41,417 nucleotides of DNA from a virus, in the IMG/VR virus record IMGVR_UViG_3300045988_097494, positions 1-41,417 of that record; one strand, written 5' to 3'. Of the stretch, positions 13,564-21,367 are shown in pieces. The notes beneath the pieces are model-generated. The model ran no database searches. It was not told the origin of the DNA and was given only the letters and a program-made list of their open reading frames with translations. A program made the translations under genes and the position numbers. Positions within the stretch are counted from its first letter, which is position 1, and each line of letters begins with the position of its first letter.

Positions 13564-13607
13564 CAAGGCCCCCGCTTGTAACTGGCTTGGTACAAGCGGG
13601 GGCCTTG
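13564..13607. terminator. Bidirectional terminator hairpin between the convergent arms
   Basis: 17-bp perfect stem caaggcccccgcttgta / tacaagcgggggccttg with a 10-nt loop. It lies between the last plus-strand gene and the last minus-strand gene. Confidence 0.7.
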
Positions 13608-13616
13608 TAGCGTCCG

Positions 13617-15701
13617 TCAGCCCTTGATCGCAGCCAGGGCCTCGGGCGTGGCCACAGCCCAGCCGACGATGGTGACGCCAGCCGCACGCGCGGCGGACTT
13701 GGCGGTCTCCTGCTCGTCCTTGGATGCGACAAGCACCCACACGCCGTCAGGGAAGACCGTCTTCGCGGCTCCCCACACGCCAGCGCCAGCCTTAGCGGCC
13801 GACAGGATTCCCTTCTGGGCATCCTTGATCGGGTCAGTCAGGTGCCAGTCGGCGGTAGCGTCCAGAGCGTCACAGACGCGCGTGAACGTTGGATACTGGG
13901 CCTTTATGATGCCGCGCAGCTTCGTCTGCCCACGCCCGTGCACCGCCTGATAGGTCTTGCCTGTACGGCCGCTGAGGACGGTGAGCATCTTCCCGTCCGA
14001 CGACTTGTAGTACTCGGCCGCCGAGTCCTGGAGCCCGTTGCGCACGTTCGGCATGAACTCGATACCAGCCGCCTCGAACATGTCTGCCGACTCAACCATC
14101 CCGGCGACATCCAGGCCAAGGTTACGAGCTCCCTGGATGGACACGTTGGAGAACTCGCGCTTCACGTTGTCGGTGCCGGTGAAGTCGCCGGGGATGCCCA
14201 CAGCCAGGTCGGCGGTGTCGGCGACGCCACGCAGCGGCACAGTCACCTGACTGGGCTTCAGTGCAGCGACCGCCTTGAGGTCGTTCAGCGAGTAAGCGAC
14301 ACGAGCCGGATTGCCCCACCCGCCGGAGAGCCACGCCATGATCGGGAGGCCGTCACCCTGGGCGGGAGGTGGAGTCGGCGGGGCTGCAGGCGCGGCCGGA
14401 ACTACCGGCCCCTGAGCCTTGGCCCACGACGCCAGGGACGCCACCGCGTCACCGATACGCTTCGCTGCGGCCGCACCGAAAGCGACTGCCCCCATCTTCG
14501 TGGGGTGCGTCTCGTCGCTCAGGAGGAGAGTGTCCCTGGTGCCGTCACCCTTCGGGGCTCCAGCGTTACCGGTACCGGACAGAACATCCGACACCTGAAC
14601 AACGGGAGCACCCGGCGTCAGAGGAGTATCCCCAGAGGCAGGCGCCCACGGTGCGGTCACCCGGTAGGCGACACCACCATAGATGATCACGTCGCCCGTA
14701 GCGGATACCCGTCCATCACGCCACGGCACAGCTTGCTTATCGACGACACCAAGCCAGTCAACGAAAGCGACACCGTTGGCAAGCCCGCCAGAGGCGTCCA
14801 CCCCATCCTTCGTTGCCTTCACGTTGACGTTGGCGGAACGAGACTGGAGGCGCGCAACCGAGGACGGCTGCGGCCCAAGCACCACGATCGGCACCTGAGG
14901 AAGCTTGGCGCGCACCTTAGTGACGAAAGACTTCACCGCCTCGGTGATTGCCGAACCGGTAGCGTCGCCGTTGTCGATCACCTTGTCAGCATTCAGTGAC
15001 CCGATGGTCACGATGAGGTTCGGGGCGGCCGCGCAGACTGCATTGACGCGAGAGTCAACCTCGAAGCCGTCACGGCCAGAGGCGGAGTAGCCGAACCCCG
15101 AGCCGTCTACCGCACTGAACGCCGGGACGCAGCCCAGCGCGCGCGATACGACGGAGGGAAGGTTGAAGCCCTGCCCCATGGTGCTCTCAGTGCTCCACGA
15201 GTCACCAAAGAAACCGACCGTAGGAACCCCCTGGCCAGCGCGAAGAGGGAGGGCGGCTAGAGGGGTGCTCGGCGTTGACGGTGCGGGGGCGCCCCCCCCA
15301 GCCTGAGACAACTCAGCCTTTGTTGCGTAGGTGGAAGCAACCTCCGCCTTAGTGGGGTAGGTCTCCTGGGCGTCGCTCTTAGTGACGTACGTACTAGACG
15401 CGTCTGAGCGCGTCAGATAACCGGATAGGTCAGGGGCCTGCCCCCCACCGCCCAGCTGGGCCTGCGTCAGAGCCTCCTTCGTCGCATACGTGGAAGCCAC
15501 GTCAGCGGTTTTCGCATAGTCAGCAAGCTCCGCCTTCGTAGCCGACGCATCAACCCGGGCACTGAGTGCACTGTCCGCGGACGACACCTCAGCTTTCGTG
15601 GCGTAGAGAGACAAGTCAGGGGAGGGGAGTGCTCTCACCTCCTCCTTCGTTGCGAAGACCTCATCCGCCTTCCGCTTGCTGTACCAAGTGCGATCATCCA
15701 T
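13617..15701 (-). CDS. Fibre-like protein with central SGNH/GDSL hydrolase domain
   Basis: The N-terminus has about 8 reiterations of x-Y-A-T-K-A-E-[VL] (VFATKEEV, LYATKAEV, SATKAEL, TYATKEAL, TYVTKSDA, TYPTKAEV, TYATKAEL). SGNH blocks FFGDSWS, IGSLNAD and SDETHPT are present. A Pro/Ala linker PVVPAAPAAPPTPPPA precedes an unassigned ~250-aa C-terminal domain. Confidence 0.7.
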   Translation of the reverse strand: MDDRTWYSKRKADEVFATKEEVRALPSPDLSLYATKAEVSSADSALSARVDASATKAELADYAKTADVASTYATKEALTQAQLGGGGQAPDLSGYLTRSDASSTYVTKSDAQETYPTKAEVASTYATKAELSQAGGGAPAPSTPSTPLAALPLRAGQGVPTVGFFGDSWSTESTMGQGFNLPSVVSRALGCVPAFSAVDGSGFGYSASGRDGFEVDSRVNAVCAAAPNLIVTIGSLNADKVIDNGDATGSAITEAVKSFVTKVRAKLPQVPIVVLGPQPSSVARLQSRSANVNVKATKDGVDASGGLANGVAFVDWLGVVDKQAVPWRDGRVSATGDVIIYGGVAYRVTAPWAPASGDTPLTPGAPVVQVSDVLSGTGNAGAPKGDGTRDTLLLSDETHPTKMGAVAFGAAAAKRIGDAVASLASWAKAQGPVVPAAPAAPPTPPPAQGDGLPIMAWLSGGWGNPARVAYSLNDLKAVAALKPSQVTVPLRGVADTADLAVGIPGDFTGTDNVKREFSNVSIQGARNLGLDVAGMVESADMFEAAGIEFMPNVRNGLQDSAAEYYKSSDGKMLTVLSGRTGKTYQAVHGRGQTKLRGIIKAQYPTFTRVCDALDATADWHLTDPIKDAQKGILSAAKAGAGVWGAAKTVFPDGVWVLVASKDEQETAKSAARAAGVTIVGWAVATPEALAAIKG

Positions 15702-16170
15702 TAGCGCCTTCCTTCCAGGCTAGAAGACCATTGCCGACTTCAACAAGGTCACTGGGGTTCACGGCCTCCAAGAGGCCCTGTCCGATTGGGCGCACCCGAG
15801 TCGATGAGTCATCCTCAACCCTGCGCCCAGCAATAATGTCTGTCAGGTCAACGGTTGTGCCAGCGACGATCCATGCGAGATATTCTCGTCGCCCGCCAGG
15901 GGTGCCCGGGACGTCGATAGTCACGCGATAGTTGCGTTCGTCTTGCGGGAGGGACTCTGGGGCCACCAGCTGGAAGGCTCGCTCTTCCCTGGAGTCTACG
16001 AGGTAGCCGTTTGCGGTAAGCCGTCCAGAAGCATAGTGGGCAACGACCGCCTTCCTGCCATCCTCCTCTACCCCCTCATAGATATCGAGGGGAGTAAACT
16101 CGACGCGCCCCTCACGCCCCAAGCCGTCAGGCCCAATAATGCGCCCCGTGATAGTGGCGTACCCGCTCAC
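15694..16170 (-). CDS. Hypothetical structural (fibre-associated?) protein
   Basis: 158 aa with GTGA overlap upstream and an 8-nt overlap with the SGNH gene. ATITGRIIGPDG..GRVEF resembles a prealbumin/Ig-like N-terminus. Confidence 0.5.
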   Translation of the reverse strand: MSGYATITGRIIGPDGLGREGRVEFTPLDIYEGVEEDGRKAVVAHYASGRLTANGYLVDSREERAFQLVAPESLPQDERNYRVTIDVPGTPGGRREYLAWIVAGTTVDLTDIIAGRRVEDDSSTRVRPIGQGLLEAVNPSDLVEVGNGLLAWKEGANG

Positions 16171-16649
16171 GATGCCTCCTTACGCGCACTGGCGTTGCTC
16201 TTCATCCTGTCGATTCTGTCGTGCAGAGACTCAACCTCGCTGTAGAGGTGGGCGCGGTCAGTGCGCACATCATGCCTGACACCCTCCACCTGGGACTCTA
16301 GCCCCTGGAGCCTGCGAGACTGGTCGCCCATACTATCCTTTAGTGCCCCCACAACCTCAGTGAGAGCATCCATCTTAGAAGTCAGGTCATCGAATCGCAT
16401 GTCTAGGTCGTCTCGCAGGTTAGTGGAGTGGTTGTTGTGCACCCCCTCGGATGCAGATTCGGCAGCGTCTGCAGCTCTGGCGACATGGACGCTCATGCGC
16501 TCCAGACGTTCATCATTCTGTGCCTGCTGCCTCTTAAGTCTACTGGCGAGCCTGGCCACAAGCGCAGCCAGCAGTGTGACCGTGGCCGCAATGAGATCAG
16601 GAGATGTTAGGACTTGTCCTAACGGCAGGACGCTATCTACTGGCTGCAC
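16167..16649 (-). CDS. Membrane-anchored coiled-coil protein (lysis-cassette associated)
   Basis: N-terminal TM segment LIAATVTLLAALVARLA followed by a long charged helical region. It lies immediately downstream of the holin. Confidence 0.55.
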   Translation of the reverse strand: MQPVDSVLPLGQVLTSPDLIAATVTLLAALVARLASRLKRQQAQNDERLERMSVHVARAADAAESASEGVHNNHSTNLRDDLDMRFDDLTSKMDALTEVVGALKDSMGDQSRRLQGLESQVEGVRHDVRTDRAHLYSEVESLHDRIDRMKSNASARKEAS

Positions 16650-16656
16650 TGGTCAC

Positions 16657-16905
16657 TCAGCTCGCGTGACGGGGAGTGTACTCGACGGGGGCTGTGGCGA
16701 TAGCCCTGTCCGTCTCCTTCGCGTCAGCGATAGACGTCAGGACGCTAATCAGGACTGCCGTAGCAGTAAGCCCGAGAGCACCCTTCCAGTTGATATCGAA
16801 AATGCCGACACCGACAGTAAGAGTGCTCACAAGAACCTGGGCGAAAGTCTTGATAGCGCGATCACGCACGCCAGACCAGAATGAAGCTCGAGTGTAAATG
16901 CTCAT
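16657..16905 (-). CDS. Holin (phage r1t holin-like)
   Basis: SFWSGVRDRAIKTFAQVLVSTLTVGVGIFDINWKGALGLTATAVLISVLTSIA matches the r1t-type holin pattern. The ATG at 16905 has RBS gaggtgagtgcATG. Confidence 0.75.
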   Translation of the reverse strand: MSIYTRASFWSGVRDRAIKTFAQVLVSTLTVGVGIFDINWKGALGLTATAVLISVLTSIADAKETDRAIATAPVEYTPRHAS

Positions 16906-16981
16906 GCACTCACCTCTTCCGGGACTAACTGGGGGGCAGGACTTCTGCCCCACCCCCCAGTATACTGTCCGCTACGTGTTG

Positions 16982-18664
16982 TCACATAAGCCGGAACGAC
17001 CCCGGGCGCGACCGATTCAGGGCCTCCTGGAGGGCCGCCCACGTGGCCTCACCAGGCTCACCATCCACGTACTCACCAAAGCTCCAGCCGTCGGCGAAGC
17101 GGCTCCACATCTCGGGAGCGACCGGTCTCACGCAGCACCAAGCCCAGTACTGGAAGATGCGAATCACATGCGAGTCCCAGCCACGATCCTCAGGGATCTT
17201 GTCTGCCCCAATGAGCATCCTCTGGGCGCTAGACGCAACCGTGCTGTTCAGGTAGCGGCGCAGGTTCGCCACAGCAAACATCTCACTGTAGCCGGGGGCG
17301 AAGACGTCAATGAGGCGCTTCATGGTCGCAGGACCATACTCGCCATCCACCTGGAGCAGGCTCGAGGTGGATACGGGGCTAGGGGCCCCGGAGACGACCT
17401 GCCCACCGCCGATCATGCGATCCCAGGTGGCCCGGTCGCGCAGGCGATCCAGGTCCAGGTGGCTGTTATATCCAGGCAGGTACCCATCCTCCGTGTACTG
17501 ATGAATCAGGACATTGCCTCCCCAGTAGGGGACGGTCGGCGTCGGCGGGTCACTGTAAGCCTGCCCATAGGAGGCGTAGTTGGGGCCGCCTGCGTACCAC
17601 AGCGGGAACCGGCCAGCGATGGCGGACCAGTCCCCGCTCCCCATACCCGCCCCGTTCAGGTAGATGCCCGGCGTGGAGCCGGTCTCGGCGGCCATCTGAT
17701 TCAGGATCACGAGGGCGTCCGAGGGAGCCAGGTTGAGGGCGTCAGCCTCCCAGTCCAGCCAGAAAGTCGCGCGGCCCGCATACGCCTTGGCGCGGTCGAG
17801 GAAGAACCTCGCCTGCTCGCCCGCATCCTCGTCATTGGCGAAGAGATAGAGGCCGAGACGCTTCCCGGCGGCCAGCGTCGCCTCCGCCTGGGTGCGCCAG
17901 TAGGGGTTCTCATAGCCGGTGCCCTCCGTGATCTTGACGATCACGAAGTCCGCCCAGATCGCCGCAATGTGGAGCCCGCCCTGGTGGCTGGAGATGTCGA
18001 TGCCGTGGGCGTGCGCAGGGGCTGAGGAAGCTGCGGGGGCTGGAGCAGGCGTGGCGGCCTGCGTCTTCCCCTTCGCGAACTCGGGCCACTGCTGGAAGAA
18101 CTTCGCCTCGTTGAACCGGTGGCAGGAAGTCCACCGGCCAGCCTGAGTGTGCGGGTGCGTACTGTAGCGGGCGGTGCGCGTCTCACCTCCGGTCTGGTCA
18201 CCGAGGTAGCCATCAATCGAGCCGTCCTCGGCGATCCAAGCTTCAGACTCGAGCGGATCATAGCCGTCCTCGACGATGATGATGACATGGCCGACGCCAC
18301 CCTCGTTCGCTGCAGACAGGACGATATCGCCAGCCTGGAAGCCGCCGTCCGGCGTCAGGTTCTCGTCAGCCCACGGGACCTCATCAAATCCGCGAGCCTC
18401 AAGGCCTGGCCGCAGATTCCCCGTCCAATGGTCATTAATTTCTGGAAGGGCCTGGTGTCCCCATGGAACACCGTAGGTGTCGTGCAGGCCATAGCAGACC
18501 GCCCCCGCGGCGAGACTAGAGCAGTCCGCGTTCTGGGGAGAGCTGCAGTGGCCCTCCCAGTTCGCGTTCGCATACCAGGTACGCCGATCCGGCTGGCTGT
18601 AGCCGACATCCTCCTGGTCGCAGATTCGACGCGCAATCCGCGCCGTCACACTTCCTACCGTCAC
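16982..18664 (-). CDS. Endolysin: Cys-His peptidase/amidase, GH25 muramidase and PG-binding-like C-terminus
   Basis: N-terminal DCSSLAAG...GDIVL...GHVIII (CHAP/NlpC-P60-like). Central GH25 motifs HGIDISSHQG, FVIVKITEGTGYENPYW, LGLYLFA, FWLDWE, LIHQYT and LDLDRL. C-terminal LQVDGEYGPATMKRL. Confidence 0.85.
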   Translation of the reverse strand: MTVGSVTARIARRICDQEDVGYSQPDRRTWYANANWEGHCSSPQNADCSSLAAGAVCYGLHDTYGVPWGHQALPEINDHWTGNLRPGLEARGFDEVPWADENLTPDGGFQAGDIVLSAANEGGVGHVIIIVEDGYDPLESEAWIAEDGSIDGYLGDQTGGETRTARYSTHPHTQAGRWTSCHRFNEAKFFQQWPEFAKGKTQAATPAPAPAASSAPAHAHGIDISSHQGGLHIAAIWADFVIVKITEGTGYENPYWRTQAEATLAAGKRLGLYLFANDEDAGEQARFFLDRAKAYAGRATFWLDWEADALNLAPSDALVILNQMAAETGSTPGIYLNGAGMGSGDWSAIAGRFPLWYAGGPNYASYGQAYSDPPTPTVPYWGGNVLIHQYTEDGYLPGYNSHLDLDRLRDRATWDRMIGGGQVVSGAPSPVSTSSLLQVDGEYGPATMKRLIDVFAPGYSEMFAVANLRRYLNSTVASSAQRMLIGADKIPEDRGWDSHVIRIFQYWAWCCVRPVAPEMWSRFADGWSFGEYVDGEPGEATWAALQEALNRSRPGSFRLM

Positions 18665-18810
18665 TTCTTCTCCTTAATTCCGGCCTTCTCGGCCTCCAGG
18701 GCCACGACTCGCTGCTCAGCCACCACGGCCCTGCGGGTTAACGCAGCAACCTCCAGCGTCAATGCGTCAATCACGGCGAGCGCATCTACCTGACTACTCT
18801 GCGGTTCCAT
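18661..18810 (-). CDS. Small coiled-coil hypothetical protein
   Basis: 49 aa from an internal ATG (MEPQSSQVDALAV..), with GTGA coupling to the endolysin start. The start is uncertain. Confidence 0.4.
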   Translation of the reverse strand: MEPQSSQVDALAVIDALTLEVAALTRRAVVAEQRVVALEAEKAGIKEKK

Positions 18811-20662
18811 CGGTGTTGCTCCAATCTTCTGGTTTAGTGGCAGCACCATAGTACGTGCCAGGCATAGATCCGTCATATGCCGCCTCATCGGAGGCCACCC
18901 CCCAGTCAGGGGGGCCGAGCTCCCAGTTGGTCTTACGGGCGTTGTCCTTCATGATCGGCTCGCCGTCAGCATCATCCTCACCGGTGTTGACCATGCGGGC
19001 ACCCTTGACGAGGACGTCCACGCGCGCCCCAGGCTCGCCCGTTACGGTAACGGCCCACAGGTCCGGGTCACTGCGGTCGATCTCAGCAGAGGCCGTTCCA
19101 GAAGCGAATACGACCCATGGGGCGACTGGGGAGGCGATCCTCGGCACGTAGTTGGGGAGCTCCCACCTTGCCCTCCCCTGCCCGTCGAGGGTGAGGTTCT
19201 CCCAGTACTCAACACCGTCGTAGGGAGACTCGGTGCAGGCGTGGGACAGCCATAGGCCGCCGCGCTCCTTGGTGAGCTTTGGAACCTGCATCGTGAACTT
19301 CTTTTCGGGGTTCATGTGGATTCCGTCGTTGTCTAACCAAATCTGCGGATACTTGCGCCACGCCAAGATAGTGGCGTGGTTGTTCACCCACATCCCGGAG
19401 TTCTTGTTGCTCATGCAGGTTAGGGTTGCCCAGTCCCACCCCAAGCCAAAGAAAGCATGGTTGTTGTCATTGGTCTTCCGGTATGCGATTCCGGAATCGT
19501 TGAAGGTAAATGACGAGGAGCCGACTTTGGATGAGAAGCCGTACTTGCTGATAGCCAGCGACCCCCAGTTGCCATTAGGCCCGATAGTGATCGATGCCTG
19601 CTGGGTGCCCAGGATGAGGGATGGCCTAGATTCGGCGCCCTTCTTGGCGGCCGACTGAAGAGTGATCGATGGCTCGCTAGTGTTGGGGTCCTTCTGGATG
19701 AAGAGCGCACCATCTTCCCAGTCATCCTCCAGCGAGTTAAACGCCAGGCCGCACCCGATCTTCGCCCCAGACTTAGCGACGTCGGTGCCGGTCTGTCCCC
19801 ACACGAGGTCGTTGAAGTAGCACTCAGACCACGAGTCTCGGCGCCCAATCCTGCCGCTGATGGAGATTTCGCCAGTGTGGGCGTTGATGTCGAGCGACTT
19901 CCATCCATTGGTGGAGTAGGCTCGCATCCCGCTGTTGTCGATTTTCAGTCCGCGATTGTTTTGACGGTCGGTCTGAATGGATGCGCCCGTGATGACCTGG
20001 CCGTCAATAGCCCCCGCGCGCAGATTGTCTGCGGTGACCGAGTTGGCGGCAAGCATCCCGGCTTTGATCTTCTCGAACTCGCCACTGCGGGCATTTATAA
20101 TGCGCGTCCATACGTGCTTCGCCGTGAGGTCAACGAATGACGCATTACCGGTGACGGTGAGCTGGTCAGTGGTGAGCTGGAGGAACTTGCCGATGTCGCC
20201 AGCGATGCGCCTAGCGGCAAGATCGTTGATGGCTGCGGAGCCCGCGGTCAGACGGCCAACATCCAGGTTGCTGATCTGCTCGCCGGAGACGCGGGCGCGC
20301 TCCCAGTCGACCCCGTTCCACTTCCACTCAGCCACGATGTCGAGGGTGGATGGGTCCTGGATTCGGGCCGTGTCACCATAAGTCTCCCCGGGGAAGTCAG
20401 GCTTATCTGTAGCGTTCCCCTTCTGGTAGAAGACCTTCCCGAAGACGGTGCGCATGCGCCGGATAGACGCCTCGATCGTGGACTGCGCCAACGATGCGGC
20501 GGCCTTCTGGAAGGGATTGTCAGACTCTACCCACTCCCAGCCCTTGTGGGAGTGGACGGTCGTGTTACCGTCAGCGGAGCGGTCATAGGCAGGGAAGGAG
20601 GTCTCTGCGGGGAATGTGGCCGGTCCGGGCCACTGAATGTATTCGTCCTTGATGTCGGCCAC
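18794..20662 (-). CDS. Minor tail protein (candidate receptor-binding protein)
   Basis: 622 aa, the last large gene of the tail module. No catalytic motif recognised. Confidence 0.55.
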   Translation of the reverse strand: MADIKDEYIQWPGPATFPAETSFPAYDRSADGNTTVHSHKGWEWVESDNPFQKAAASLAQSTIEASIRRMRTVFGKVFYQKGNATDKPDFPGETYGDTARIQDPSTLDIVAEWKWNGVDWERARVSGEQISNLDVGRLTAGSAAINDLAARRIAGDIGKFLQLTTDQLTVTGNASFVDLTAKHVWTRIINARSGEFEKIKAGMLAANSVTADNLRAGAIDGQVITGASIQTDRQNNRGLKIDNSGMRAYSTNGWKSLDINAHTGEISISGRIGRRDSWSECYFNDLVWGQTGTDVAKSGAKIGCGLAFNSLEDDWEDGALFIQKDPNTSEPSITLQSAAKKGAESRPSLILGTQQASITIGPNGNWGSLAISKYGFSSKVGSSSFTFNDSGIAYRKTNDNNHAFFGLGWDWATLTCMSNKNSGMWVNNHATILAWRKYPQIWLDNDGIHMNPEKKFTMQVPKLTKERGGLWLSHACTESPYDGVEYWENLTLDGQGRARWELPNYVPRIASPVAPWVVFASGTASAEIDRSDPDLWAVTVTGEPGARVDVLVKGARMVNTGEDDADGEPIMKDNARKTNWELGPPDWGVASDEAAYDGSMPGTYYGAATKPEDWSNTDGTAE

Positions 20663-20670
20663 GATTCACC

Positions 20671-21366
20671 TCACTTCGCGCGAATAATCATGGATGCGAC
20701 GGAGCCGCGGGGGCGGATGGGGAATGGCTGGCCGCCTCCGACGTTCTTTGCATAGGGGCGACGATCAGCCACTGTTGTGCCTGTGGACATGGCGTAGGTG
20801 TAGCCGTTGCCGGAGGTGTCGTTCCACCCGATGTCGGTATTCGCTTTACCGGCGCGCCAGTTGGAGTTCTGGTTGTTGGAATCCACGAGTTCGTGGCCGT
20901 GTGAGGGCATCTCGTTCATGGTGAGCGTGTGGTGGGTCTCGCCGACGGTCGAGCCAGTGACGAGCGCACCCGTGCCCCCCTGGCCGTAGATGACCTTCCC
21001 CTTAAGGTCGGGGACGTTGAACGTGGTGGAGCCATTCCCGCTGCCGCCACTGGTGCCGATCACGTCAAACAGGGCCTTGTACTCGGTGCGGCTCACCTCC
21101 TGCCCGTAGCACAGGAGCCAGTTCTTCGGGGGTTTAGACCCATAGAACGGCAGCACTGCGCCGATAGGGACGATAGCGTCCATGATCGCCAGGTAGGAGC
21201 GGTTGACGCTCTCGAGCTCCCCACGAGCCACGCCAGCAGACGCGGACGCCTTCTCCGCCTCCGCCTGCGCTGACGTGATTCCGTCCTCGATCTTGGTGAG
21301 CTTCGCGGCCGTGATAGGCGTGCGCCCATCCGGCCCATCCTTCCAAACGTTCCCCTGATACGGCAT
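20671..21366 (-). CDS. Phage tail collar domain fibre protein
   Basis: PIGAVLPFYGSKPPKNWLLCYGQEVSRTEYKALFDVIG...TTFNVPDLKGKV is a typical tail collar domain signature. Confidence 0.7.
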   Translation of the reverse strand: MPYQGNVWKDGPDGRTPITAAKLTKIEDGITSAQAEAEKASASAGVARGELESVNRSYLAIMDAIVPIGAVLPFYGSKPPKNWLLCYGQEVSRTEYKALFDVIGTSGGSGNGSTTFNVPDLKGKVIYGQGGTGALVTGSTVGETHHTLTMNEMPSHGHELVDSNNQNSNWRAGKANTDIGWNDTSGNGYTYAMSTGTTVADRRPYAKNVGGGQPFPIRPRGSVASMIIRAK

Positions 21367-21367
21367 A

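Noticed and set aside
13842-14999. Long plus-strand ORF (385 aa) opposite the SGNH gene. Similar shadow ORFs occur at 16898..18025, 27531..28985, 30531..31796, 25348..26070, 9595..10506 (-) and 3202..3900 (-).
   Set aside because: All are antisense to genes with clear motifs. They encode Arg/Gly/Pro-rich low-complexity sequence and lack RBS or translational coupling.
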